DNA from: Octopus bimaculoides | Taxonomy: Eukaryota | Direction: 5' to 3' | Assembly (NCBI RefSeq): GCF_001194135.2 | Contig: NC_068990.1 | Span: forward strand, 81,478,373-81,534,195 | DNA: 55,823 nt | Shown here: one piece after another, positions 1 to 12,809 of the stretch | How the letters are laid out: every line of letters begins with the position of its first letter | How positions within the stretch are numbered: position 1 is the first letter of the stretch | The notes under the pieces: model-generated | Seen by the model: the letters and a program-made list of their open reading frames with translations, nothing else | What the model was told of the DNA's origin: nothing | The model's database searches: none | Made by a program: the position numbers and the translations under genes

Positions 1-48
<48 letters not shown>

Positions 49-220
49 TAGATAGATAGATACACAGATACACACATATATGCTTATCTATACATATATG
101 TGTAGAGATATAAATAAATATATGTATATATAGGCATATATATATATGTACATATGTGTGTGTGTGTATGCATGTATGTATGCATGTATGTATGCATGCA
201 TGCATGTATGTATGTATGTA
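1..220. repeat. Compound microsatellite (TA)n/(GATA)n/(TATG)n
   Basis: Direct reading of simple repeats. Confidence 0.95.
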
Positions 221-311
221 TAAAATTCTTGCCTAATTCAGAAACGATTACTATTGTAATTATTAATTATAACTATCTTTATTATTATCAGAATTATTGC
301 TGCCGTTGTTG

Positions 312-367
<56 letters not shown>

Positions 368-703
368 GAGTGAGAGAGCAGTGCATGCCATCAAAGTGAC
401 ACTAGGGTAAAATATACGAAGCCCAGCATACCCATCATGACTACCCGTCTGATAAGGGTACACCAGGCACATGCATCACAACCATATGTGCGCGACATGG
501 TGATCTTATATCATGAATAACAGTGCATGACATCGTAGGTGGGGGCCCAGTTAGAATTTTCTTCAGGTCGAGTAGCCCATCCCGCTCAAAAGGTCCCTGA
601 ATAAGGTTTGTTTCAGGATGTTGAGCAAAACACCCATGTTTCCAAAGGTGAATTATTCAAACCCCAAAGAATTCCTCTCAACACATGGCTATGATGCTTC
701 CCC

Positions 704-704
<1 letters not shown>
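368..704 (-). mobile_element. Family D retroposon 3' fragment with (AAT)n tail, copy 1
   Basis: Highly similar to 1024-1345 (both start GAGTGAGAGAGCAGTGCATGC on +). Abuts (ATT)n at both ends. No ORF. Confidence 0.8.
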
Positions 705-745
<41 letters not shown>

Positions 746-758
746 CATTATTATTATT

Positions 759-971
759 AAGGTGGCATGCTGGCAGGACCATTAGCACGCTGGACAAAAT
801 GCTTATCAGTGTTTCATTTGTCTTTAAGCTCTGAGTTCAAATTCCATGATGGTCAACTTTGCTTTTTCAACCCTTTGAGGTCTGTTAAATAAGTACAAGT
901 TGGACACTGGGATTGATGTAATTGACTTATCCCATCCTCTAAATTACCAGCCCTATGCCAAAATTTGAAGC

Positions 972-972
<1 letters not shown>
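759..972 (+). mobile_element. Family A tRNA-derived SINE, decayed
   Basis: A-box-like CTGGCAGGACCATT, B-box-like GAGTTCAAATTCC, central GGTCAACTTTGC...AAGTAC motif shared with other copies. Flanked by (ATT)n. Confidence 0.85.
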
Positions 973-1023
<51 letters not shown>

Positions 1024-1490
1024 GAGTGAGAGAGCAGTGCATGCTAACAAAGTGACATTAGGGTAAAATATACGAAGCCCATTATAGCCATCATGACTAC
1101 CCGTCTGGTAAGGGTACATCAGACACATGCATTACAACCATATGTGCACGACATGGGGATCTCACATCAAGATAAACAGCACATGACCTTGCAGGTGGGG
1201 CCCAGTTAGAATTTTTTTTCATGTCGAGTAGCCCATCCCACTCAAGAGGTCCCTGAATAAGGGTTGTTTAAGGATGTTTCCAGAGGTGAATTATCCAAAT
1301 CCCAGATTATTCCTTTCAACAGATAGCTGTGATGCTTCCCCCACAACTTCTGCTTGTGATCAGAGATGCACATATCGTCAGCCACCAAGGGACATGTTCA
1401 ACTGGTTAAGATCAAGCAACTGACAAGCAAATCTGTGATATTGAGCAGAATATTTGCTGTAGCCCACCTTTTATACCAAGACAAAACAAT
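1024..1490 (-). mobile_element. Family D retroposon 3' fragment with (AAT)n tail, copy 2 (longer)
   Basis: Aligns by eye to 368-704 and extends about 145 bp further. (ATT)n on both sides. Confidence 0.8.
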
Positions 1491-1561
1491 TATTTATTAT
1501 TATTACTATTATTATTATCATCATTTTTATTATTATTATTATCATTATTATTATTATTATT

Positions 1562-1750
1562 AAGGTAACAAACTGGTAGAATTGTTAGCACACCAAAGAA
1601 AATGCTTAACAGCATTTCATCCATCTTTTTCACTCTGGGTTCAGATGCCTTTTTCCTGATCAGTGACATAAAATTACTCGTTGAGAACTGGGATCGATGT
1701 CTGGTTCCTTCCTCCAAAATTTCAGCTGAAATGCTTTAGTAGAAAGGACT
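1562..1750 (+). mobile_element. Family A SINE, heavily decayed and internally deleted
   Basis: Head CTGGTAGAATTGTTAGCAC...AATGCTTAACAGCATTTC and tail CTTTAGTAGAAAGG recognisable. Confidence 0.65.
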
Positions 1751-2168
1751 GTTATTATTATCAGAATGGCCAGTATGAACGGACCAATTCTGAGGATACC
1801 CCTGTAAAAAAAAGGTAATATAAAAGGAGAAAGGGCTCTATACCTTTTTCTTATTTTTTCTGACCAGGTTCCCGTGGCTTTTATGGGTTTTTCTACGTGT
1901 AACCTTTTAAACGCCCTCCCCTATTGGGAGTTTTATTTGTTATATCTTTCTCTGTTTTTCCCACTGTTTACACGAACATTTTCTTTTCGGACAAAACCCT
2001 TTGTAAACTTTGTCTTGTCTTTGTCCTTACATGTTTTTAATTTATATTAGCCCTTGTGGCCAATAAAACCAGAATCAATTATTATTATTATTATTATTAT
2101 CATTATTATTATTATTATTATTATTATTTTTATTATCATTATTATTATCATTATTATTATTATTATTA

Positions 2169-2382
2169 TGGCGGCAAGCTGGTAGAGTCATTAGCACGCT
2201 GAATGAAATGCTTAACAGTATTTTGCCTGTTGCTAGGTTCCGAGTTCAATTTCTGCTTAGGTTGACTTTGCCTTTCATCCTTTTGGGGGTTAATAAATTA
2301 AGTACCAGTGAAACACTGGGATCGATGTAATCATCTAGTCCCTTTCCACAATATTTCAGACCTTGTGCCTTTAGAAGAAAGA

Positions 2383-2383
<1 letters not shown>
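2169..2383 (+). mobile_element. Family A SINE
   Basis: GGCGGCAAGCTGGTAGAG head, GAGTTCAATTTC B box, GGTTGACTTTGCCTTTCATCCTTTTGGGG core. (ATT)n flanks. Confidence 0.9.
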
Positions 2384-2424
<41 letters not shown>

Positions 2425-2461
2425 GTTATTATTATTATTATTATCATTATTATTATTATTT

Positions 2462-2680
2462 AAGTCGGCAAGGTGGTAGAGTCATTAGCATGCCGGGCAA
2501 AATGCTTAGCGGTATTTCGCCTGTTGCTCCATTCTCGGTTCAAAATCCACTGAGGTTGACTTTGGCTTTCATCCTTTCGGGGTCGATGAAATAAGTACCA
2601 GTTATGCACTGGAGTCGATGTAATCGACTAGCCCCCTCCCCCACAAAATTTTCAAGGCTTTGTGCCTAGAGTAGAAATAG
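2462..2680 (+). mobile_element. Family A SINE
   Basis: Same head, core and tail as 2169-2383, separated from it only by (ATT)n. Confidence 0.9.
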
Positions 2681-3200
2681 TAATAATAATAATAGTAAAA
2701 ATAGTAATAGTAATAATAATAATAATAATAATATTAATAATAATAATCATTATTATGTTAATGCAGTCTTATATCAGATTGCGAAACATATGCCTTCTTT
2801 TCTGATGTTTTTTCATATTTTTAAAACAGATTTTCAAAAAAAAAAAAATTGAATGGAAAAAAAAAAAAAATGAAAATGTAAAAAAAGCTACAAAACAGAA
2901 CAATAAAAATATGCACATACATACATAAAAATTGCAAAATAAAGGATATGGATTTTGTTTATATATGCATTCAGGAAAGTAAAAATAAATTGAAAATAAT
3001 TTATCAAGTTCACTATTCGATATTTTTGTTATTCTTCCTTGCTTAAGAGCAAGATTGTGATTAGTATTGTTGTCATTATTATTGATATTATTAATATTCT
3101 TGTAATTTTTTTTGATGTTCTTGTTGGTGCTGTTCCTAAAATTATTATTACCATTGTTACATTTTCGTCTGTAATTTAAAAAAAAGAATTTTGGTAAGTA

Positions 3201-3669
3201 NNNNNNNNNNNNNNNNNNNNNNNNNNNNNNNNNNNNNNNNNNNNNNNNNNNNNNNNNNNNNNNNNNNNNNNNNNNNNNNNNNNNNNNNNNNNNNNNNNNN
3301 NNNNNNNNNNNNNNNNNNNNNNNNNNNNNNNNNNNNNNNNNNNNNNNNNNNNNNNNNNNNNNNNNNNNNNNNNNNNNNNNNNNNNNNNNNNNNNNNNNNN
3401 NNNNNNNNNNNNNNNNNNNNNNNNNNNNNNNNNNNNNNNNNNNNNNNNNNNNNNNNNNNNNNNNNNNNNNNNNNNNNNNNNNNNNNNNNNNNNNNNNNNN
3501 NNNNNNNNNNNNNNNNNNNNNNNNNNNNNNNNNNNNNNNNNNNNNNNNNNNNNNNNNNNNNNNNNNNNNNNNNNNNNNNNNNNNNNNNNNNNNNNNNNNN
3601 NNNNNNNNNNNNNNNNNNNNNNNNNNNNNNNNNNNNNNNNNNNNNNNNNNNNNNNNNNNNNNNNNNNNN
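3201..3669. other. Assembly gap (N run)
   Basis: Run of N. Confidence 1.
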
Positions 3670-4740
<1,071 letters not shown>

Positions 4741-5782
4741 ATGTGTGAATGGGCCTGTATATTATAGTTCATATTATACAATGTGTATTATGTAACATAC
4801 ATCTTGACATTATGTAAGGGCTGAGAGAAAGAAAAAATATTATTTAGGACTGATTTATAAGTGACAAGACATAATGTGAGAGGGAAAGCGAGAGAGAGAG
4901 AGAGAGTAAAGGAAACAGAGGGGGATGGTGAGAGAGTGAGAGTGATGAGGGAAATGGAGAGAATAGATGTGCATGTCGTCTTTATAAGGTTGTTGTAAGT
5001 GTTATGATGGTGCATATGCGCGTGTGTGAGTGCGTGTGTGCGTATGTGTGCATGCATGTGCGCGCACAAGTGTGTCTGCATGTGTATGCGTGTGTACACA
5101 CTCGCATGCGCGCCCACAACGCTTCAAAAGATGCAAGAAATAATGTCAGTGTGCGTGTGTGTGTTTCTGCCTCTGTGTGTCATTCTAGAGATTATAAGAG
5201 AGTGTTCGTGTGTATGTGTATGTGCATAAGGGACTCGATCTATTACAATGAGTGTATATAAACAAAATGTTGTGCTCAAGTATGAGAGAGAAAGGGAGTA
5301 CGAAAATGCAGTGGCGGGGGGAAGATATAGAATATTGAAGATAATGTATATTTGAAAGAGTGTGACAGACAGAATGATGGAGGTGTATGAGAGAGAGGGG
5401 GGAGTGATGAAAATGCATTTGAGAGAGTGATTTGATATGGTTGTAGAAAAGTGTCTATGAGAGGAGCCTGTGAACACTTCTGTAGGAATTTGTTGAGAGT
5501 TTATGTACGCGCATGTGTTTGTATGAGTGCGTGTGCGTGTGTGCGTGCGTGTGCGCGTAGCTATGTCTGACTGTATATTTGTGTAAAACAGAATGATTGT
5601 GAAAGACATAAAAAGTGTATGTATGTATTATGTATCTCTATATATATACACATATACGCACACACACATATGAATGTATACGTATATACATATATATATA
5701 TTCATAAATATATAGATATTGTATATATGTGGAGAAAGGCGTTGTTCTAGTGTGTGAGTGATAGTGTTTAAATGTGAGTGCG

Positions 5783-5840
<58 letters not shown>

Positions 5841-5900
5841 TACACACATATATATGTGTGTGAGTGTGCGTGTATAAATATGTATATATGCATATATACA

Positions 5901-5933
<33 letters not shown>

Positions 5934-5934
5934 C

Positions 5935-5965
<31 letters not shown>

Positions 5966-5976
5966 GTGTATGTATG

Positions 5977-6017
5977 TCCAACCCATGCCAGCTTGGAAAA
6001 TGGACGCTAAATGACGA

Positions 6018-6020
<3 letters not shown>
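5977..6020 (+). mobile_element. Family C retroposon 3' tip
   Basis: TCCAACCCATGCCAGCTTGGAAAATGGACGCTAAATGACGATGAT, the reverse complement of the tip seen at 22375-22425. Confidence 0.75.
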
Positions 6021-6084
<64 letters not shown>

Positions 6085-6948
6085 CACATACATATACACA
6101 CGCATGTATATATGCATGCATGTATGTATATATATATATATATATGTGTATGTATGTATGTATGTATGTATGCATGCATTCATGCATATGTAAGGTGAGA
6201 TTGAAAGAGAACGAGTGGTTGCACGTATGTGTGTATGTCAAGTGAACACATCCAGTACAACCGCCACTGCGTTATACTCCCTACAACTGCTACTTTCCAA
6301 AGCTATAACAGCGGAGTGATACGAATAGACGACATTCATTTGTCGTCTCTCTTTCTATTTCTATTTCTATTTCTTTTTTTTTTTTTCCTTTTTCCTTGCA
6401 AGCAAAAATTTCCGCATATTTATTCATTAAATTAGCAACGAAAAACGTCTTTACCGTAATATAAATTCCTCGTCAAGGAATACAAATGTTACTTAGATCC
6501 GATTCATTGGAAGATAGAAAATGTTGTTTCAATTTTTCTCACTGGACTATTTTGCACTGTCTCTTATATTTATTTATCAACTCTAAATTCTCCTCCCCCT
6601 CTTCCTCATCTTTCTACTCCAGTTCTTTCTTCTCCGTCGCTCTGATTTATCCAGTTTCCCTAATTCTCACTCTTTTTCTGTTTCTCTCTTTATCTCTCTG
6701 TCTCTCTCCATTTCTCTCTGTATATATAAAGATATATATATATATATATATATCTTTCTCTCTCTTTTCTCTTTCTTTTTCTCTGTCTTATTTCCCCCTT
6801 TCATTAAAACAGTTACTATCCATTTAACTCTACCCGCTACTCAATCTTCAACGTCACTTTCCATTCTAGTACCTTCCCCTTTTTTCATCCTCCTCCTGCA
6901 GCCACCACCAATACATAATCTCACTCGTTCCTTTTTGATTCTCTCTCT

Positions 6949-7140
6949 CTCTCTCTTTCTATCTGTCACCCTCCGTCTCTGTCTCTTTACGTATAAACTC
7001 ACCCTCCCTATCTCTCTCTTTCTATCTGTCACCCTCCGTCTCTGTCTCTTCACGTATAAACTCACCCTCCCTATCTCTCTCTTTCTATCTGTCACCCTCC
7101 GTCTCTGTCTCTTTACGTGTAAGCTCACCCTCCCTGTCTC
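6949..7140. repeat. 63-bp minisatellite, 3 near-identical copies
   Basis: ATCTGTCACC recurs at 6961, 7024 and 7087. Copies differ at only a few positions. Confidence 0.95.
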
Positions 7141-7451
7141 TCTCTCTCTTTCACTCATTCTCTTCATCCTCTCTGTATCAAACCTTGCTAATCTTCATTC
7201 CCCCCTTTCTACCACTTTCTCCTCCTCCTCCCCTCCTGCTCCTGCTCCTGCCACCGTGACTCTCAGCTCTCCTCCTCCTTCTCCTCCTCCTGCTGCACCT
7301 TCTTCCTCTGTGTTCGCCTTTGGAAGATTTTACTCCGCAAAGACGTTAAACTGTGCATTGAAATTGGACTTCGTTCTATTGGACCTAGGCGTATCTTTTT
7401 TTTTTTCCTGACCAGGAAAAAAAACTGTTCTTCTTATTTAAAGATACGATC

Positions 7452-7460
7452 GGGGTAAGT
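7452..7460 (+). other. Candidate 5' splice donor (GGG|GTAAGT) ending a possible non-coding first exon
   Basis: Perfect donor hexamer after a long CT-rich, CpG-retaining stretch. The hexamer alone is common by chance. Confidence 0.3.
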
Positions 7461-8903
7461 AAATAAAACAACCCTCCCCACTTTAAAAAAAAAACAAAGA
7501 AAAAGAAAAAATACCCTCCAAAAACTCAACCATAAAATTTTTTTTCAAAAAATAATAAAAAAATCATACAAGAAAATATGCAAACAGAGCATTATGGTTC
7601 TTGTTATACATATACACCCTTACATTTACTATATATACACATATACATACATATATCATACATACACACGTACATACATACACACACATACATACATACA
7701 TACAAACATATATATATATATACATACCTACATACATACGTACATATATACATACATATATACATAAATACATACATACATACATACATATAAGCACAGT
7801 CACATAGACACACTCAAGGGAAATGTATTATATATTAACACAAAAATTACATCAACAAAAAAAAAAGATCAATGAAAGTGTTTATATTATATACAGTTAT
7901 TTATTCATTATCAATTATTATGATGAGTAAATTATATCACGTTCGTGTTATATTTTTTTGATGTTATTTTACACTACCGACCTTTATTCTGATGGACGAC
8001 GTCCATCAACACTTGTGTCGTCTGCTTTCTTCAGAAAATACCATGTCTCGGTTGTCGCTCCTATAAATGACCACCACTACTGCTTCATACTTTCATTTTA
8101 TTAAATATTTTTTAAAGAAAATGAAGAAACTATATATATGTTTATCGAAATACTGCCGAAGAAATCTCAATTGAAAATACCCATATATCGTATTATAGAT
8201 AGATATTCTGAGTTCCCGAGTCTTCTAAACTTAAGATATATATGTGTATATATATTCTTTTTGTTTCGTTCATTCATTCTCACGGGAATAAAAGTGTGTG
8301 AGTGTTAAATTGACTACGTTTTTTGTCACAATTTGTTAGTGTGTGTGTGTATGAGAGAAAGAGAGAGAGAGTGTGTGTATGTGTGTGTTTGTGTGTTTAC
8401 CACCATCATTGCCCCACCACCACTCTATATTTGCTTTATCTATATATTTATCTATCCCTGAGTCTTTCTTATCATCTCTCTCTCTCTCTCTCTCTCTCAG
8501 CTTCGCTATTCTTTTAGTCTCTAGTTCATCTCTTTTTCTCCCTCGCCTGCTTCTTCTGTCCTTCTTTCTCGCTCATTCGTAGTTTCCTTTCACTATCTCT
8601 ATGCCTCAGTGTGTGTATGTGTGTTTTGTGTACGTGTATATTTCAATGTGTATGTGTATGTGTGTGTGTGTGTGTGTGCATGTATTATACTTATTACCTC
8701 CCCCTCCCTGTCTACTCTTCATCAACAATTTTCTTCCTTTACTGTCTCTAGTTTTCCACACGAAATCACTTTGAAATGTCGTTATACACACATAAATAAA
8801 TACATATACATACATTCACACAAGCATATACACACAATCATATACATACATACATGTGTCCACATATTTGTAAAGTGAAAGTGATGCTGTTGCTGCTGAT
8901 TTC

Positions 8904-8943
<40 letters not shown>

Positions 8944-9307
8944 GTTGTCGTTATCAGTTAGATTGAATGAAAATAAATATGAAACTCGAAACAGAAAAAT
9001 ACATTGATTAATAAATAAACCGTTTCTGGCTGTGTAGGTTGTATCTATAGGTGTATTAGTGGGCTATGTATATGGGTGTATTGGTGTATATATGAGTATG
9101 TATATCTGCATATATATATGTGTATGTATATGTATATATACTGCTGAATGTGTGTGTAAGGTGAAAATGAAATTATATCTCACTGGACAGAAATAAACTC
9201 AGAGAATTATTATTGCTGGTCGTCAGATAATATTAATTAGGTAAACATCAATTTACTTTCTATCATATAGATATAAAATAGATATACTTCAGACACATAC
9301 ACACACA

Positions 9308-9383
<76 letters not shown>

Positions 9384-10099
9384 GTCACATACACGTGTGT
9401 ATGTGTGTGTATGTTCAAAGTGTGTCTCACTGAAGGATATTTGCGACCGGTCAGAATCGATCTGGCTTCCAATCCCTCTAAGGCTCATACGACAGGTATC
9501 GGCTAATATACTTAGGCTGAGTTCAAACGATTACAACGTCCCCCTTAAAATTAATACATTTGATCGTTGTCAGACATTAACTTAAATGCTGTCAACATAA
9601 ACAAACACACACAACCGCCCCCCCCTTTTTTTTCTCTGTACACACACATACGCGCGCGCGCAACATATATACATACACAACTTCGCCTCCACCTTCTTAT
9701 AACAACAAATATATCAATTTTCATTTCATCATTGAAGTACCAGTCATGTACTTGGTCCGTTCTTTACTGGAACCTACACCATCTCATTTACATCATCATC
9801 ATCATCATCTGTCGTCACTGTCGTAATTATTATCATTACTATCAAACATTATCATTATTAATTAACTTGAAGACTAGTTTCTTTCCTTTCGTTTCCTGTA
9901 TTGTTGTGCAAGTGCACGGATGTGTGCGGGTGTGCATGTAAATGTGGATGTGACTACCACCATATACTTTATCGCACACACACACACACATACACACACA
10001 CGTGTGTGTGTGTGTATAGACTCAACTCTACATGCATACATACATACATACATACAAACATACATATAACCTTTAAAGAATTGATAACTGCATTGTGGT

Positions 10100-10440
10100 G
10101 CTATTGTTTATGTGGTATCTGACGGTAGTGGTTGTAAGGAGGCTGTCAGTAGCGGTAGTAGTTGTATCAATGGTAGTGGTGATGGTAGCAGTAGACGGAT
10201 ATCAGCAGTGGTGGTTGCAGTGGTAGATGTAGTGGTTTTATTGGGAGTGGCGGTGGTAGTTGTTTGGTTATAATTGTGGTGGTGGTAGGTTTATTGGTAC
10301 TTGGAGTGGTAATGGAAGTGGTAGTGGTAGTGGTAGTGGTAGGTGTAATAGTAGCAGTAATGGTAGTAGCAGTGTTGATAGTGATGGTCGTGGTGGTGGT
10401 GGTGATAGCAGTAGTAGCAGTAGCAGTATTGATAATTTTA
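10100..10440. repeat. Degenerate (GGT/AGT/AGC)n trinucleotide repeat
   Basis: Direct reading. Source of the Val-rich and Gly/Ser-rich ORFs. Confidence 0.9.
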
Positions 10441-10709
10441 AATAAGAATAATAATTAGAAATAATTAATTGCAATAATAATGACGATGGTGAAAGGGGGG
10501 GGGGGCGACGAACAACGAGGAAAACGAAGGTAGTGGTACTGATTATGATGATGATGATGATGATGATGATGATAAAAATAATTATTATAATGATGATTAG
10601 GCACGGAAGAATTACTTTTGCTTTGATGAAAGTAAATTAAAACGGGGGTTTATTTTTCATTGTTCCTGAAAAATACGTTTTCTTTTAAATTTTCTTTTGT
10701 AAGTATATA

Positions 10710-10770
<61 letters not shown>

Positions 10771-10894
10771 ATATATAATATATTTATGAATATGTATGTA
10801 ACAAAATAAGGCCATTTTCATGGCAGTTGTCATTGAGGAGTAAAATTTGTTGAACTCAACTGCGTTAAGTTTATATGAATATTTGATATAAATT

Positions 10895-11145
10895 GATCTT
10901 GGTATCATATTTATCTGATACCAGTTCCTTATTAACTAGCCTCCCTTACTTTTATCCACTGATCCTTCAACCTCTGCTTGATCCTGTCTACTTAGGAACT
11001 GATCCTCAATTCTTATTATGTGATCTTACCTACGTTCTCTTATCTTGATCTCAGTTCTTAAAAAGTGTGCTCCTACTTACATTGATAACCAGTTTCTAGT
11101 TCCTAATTAGCTGATACAACTTATTAGCTAATCTTATCTATTAAC
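10895..11145. repeat. Old degenerate minisatellite, unit about 20-22 bp (approx. ACTGATCCTCAGTTCTTA)
   Basis: TGAT(C/A)C..AGTT/ACTT-like motif recurs about 11 times at near-regular spacing. Confidence 0.65.
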
Positions 11146-11327
11146 ATATGAATATATCAACTCTCCAGTTCTCTTCTCAATATTGTGGAAGTACCTTTTC
11201 AATGAAATATAATAATGTATTTAGAAAAGACTTACATCAGACCAATTAGAATTTTTAGCATCATTTGCGAAACACATCATGTAGAACCACAAGTTATATT
11301 TTTTAAAACGAAATTCCAAGTTATATG

Positions 11328-11358
<31 letters not shown>

Positions 11359-12105
11359 GTATATGTGTATACATGTGTGTATTTATATGAATATGAATAT
11401 GTATGTATGTATGTTTGTCAGTCTGTCTATTTACCTATCTGTGTGTATGTGTCGTGTGAATGGGTTGTTTTAGGTTCCGCTGTTTATAAAAAAAGCATAT
11501 ATAAGTATAAATTTTAAAGATACTTTATTTTATGTAATTAACAAGCTTTTACCGAACATTGGCATTAAAAATATTTAACATAATAACTGTAATTTATGTT
11601 TGTGTGTGTGTGTGAGAGAGAGAGAGAGAAAGAGAAACTGGAATATCTTATAGACTCTTCTTGTCTATCTCTTTTGGAATGTTTTTATTTTCTTGGAATG
11701 AATCAGAATGTCTTAACTATTTTATTATGGTCATTGTTGTTGTAAAACTGAATTGTCTTTAAAAACAGTTTCGGTAGCAGAATGATATTGCTTTAGATTG
11801 GGAGAAAGTTACCATCTTCTTTCGCTAGTTTGTGCCGATAATGTATTCAGGTTAGCTCATCCACACAAATACGCACGCACGCACGCGCGCACTCGCACAC
11901 ACACACACATGCACACGCACGTAGACACACGCACAGACTGACACGGACATGCATAATTTTATCCACTGTAGATGAGAGAGAGAGAGACAAAAACAGGGAA
12001 GTGAATGCGCGCGCGCGCGTACGTGTGTGATAGAAAGAAAGAGAAGCGTAACAAGCAAGAGGGAGGGAACGGAAGAATGTGTGTATGCATGTATTTGTGC
12101 GTATA

Positions 12106-12145
<40 letters not shown>

Positions 12146-12582
12146 AGATCGCGTGCGTGTGTGGTAATATCTATAGAGAGTGACTTGATCAGCAGAGCGC
12201 ACACACAAACACAGTGTTAATGATATGAATGACAAGTTGCGCTGGCAAATCTCTTCCTAGTTTATTGGCAAATGACAAATCGGATTAAATCTATCTAACA
12301 GATTACAATTATACAATTTACATCTTGATTTCGATGCAGTTTAAATTAATCTCATCAATAAAAATAATAATAAAAGTTATTTCCTAAATATCAAATTATA
12401 TTTCTATTTCATTTTTTTTTTTTAACACGACTTCTAAATCAAATATATTTTGAAAGTAAATTACATTTCTGGTATGTGCATAAAAGTTTAACAATCCATG
12501 AAAGTAACACTGATTAAAGTTAATTTAAATTGAGATATTTCACCCGAAGACTATTTCCTTTATACACATATACACATATATG

Positions 12583-12809
12583 CTATTTCTTTACTACCCA
12601 CAAGGGGTTACACACAGAGGGGACAAACAAGGACAGACAAACGGATTAAGTCGATTAAATCGACCCCAGTGCGTAACTGGTACTTATTTAATCGACCCCG
12701 AAAGGATGAAAGGTAAAGTCGACCTCGGCGGAATTTGAACTCAGAACGTAGCGGCAAACGAAATACCGCTAAGCATTTCGCCCGGTGTGCTAACGTTTCT
12801 GCCAGCTCG
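12583..12809 (-). mobile_element. Family A SINE, near-intact copy
   Basis: Reverse complement gives A box CTGGCAGAAACG, B box GAGTTCAAATTCC, core GGTCGACTTTACCTTTCATCCTTTCGGGGTCGAT and tail to GTAAAGAAATAG. CpGs retained. Confidence 0.95.

Noticed and set aside
6841-7411. 108-aa and 158-aa repetitive or Pro/Ser-rich ORFs
   Set aside because: Explained by the 63-bp minisatellite and CT/CCT low-complexity DNA. No domain is recognisable.
6327-8008. Short perfect inverted repeats AGACGACA/TGTCGTCT (6327-6348) and TGATGGACG/CGTCCATCA (7990-8008)
   Set aside because: 8-9-bp stems are expected several times by chance in 56 kb and are too short for pre-miRNAs.
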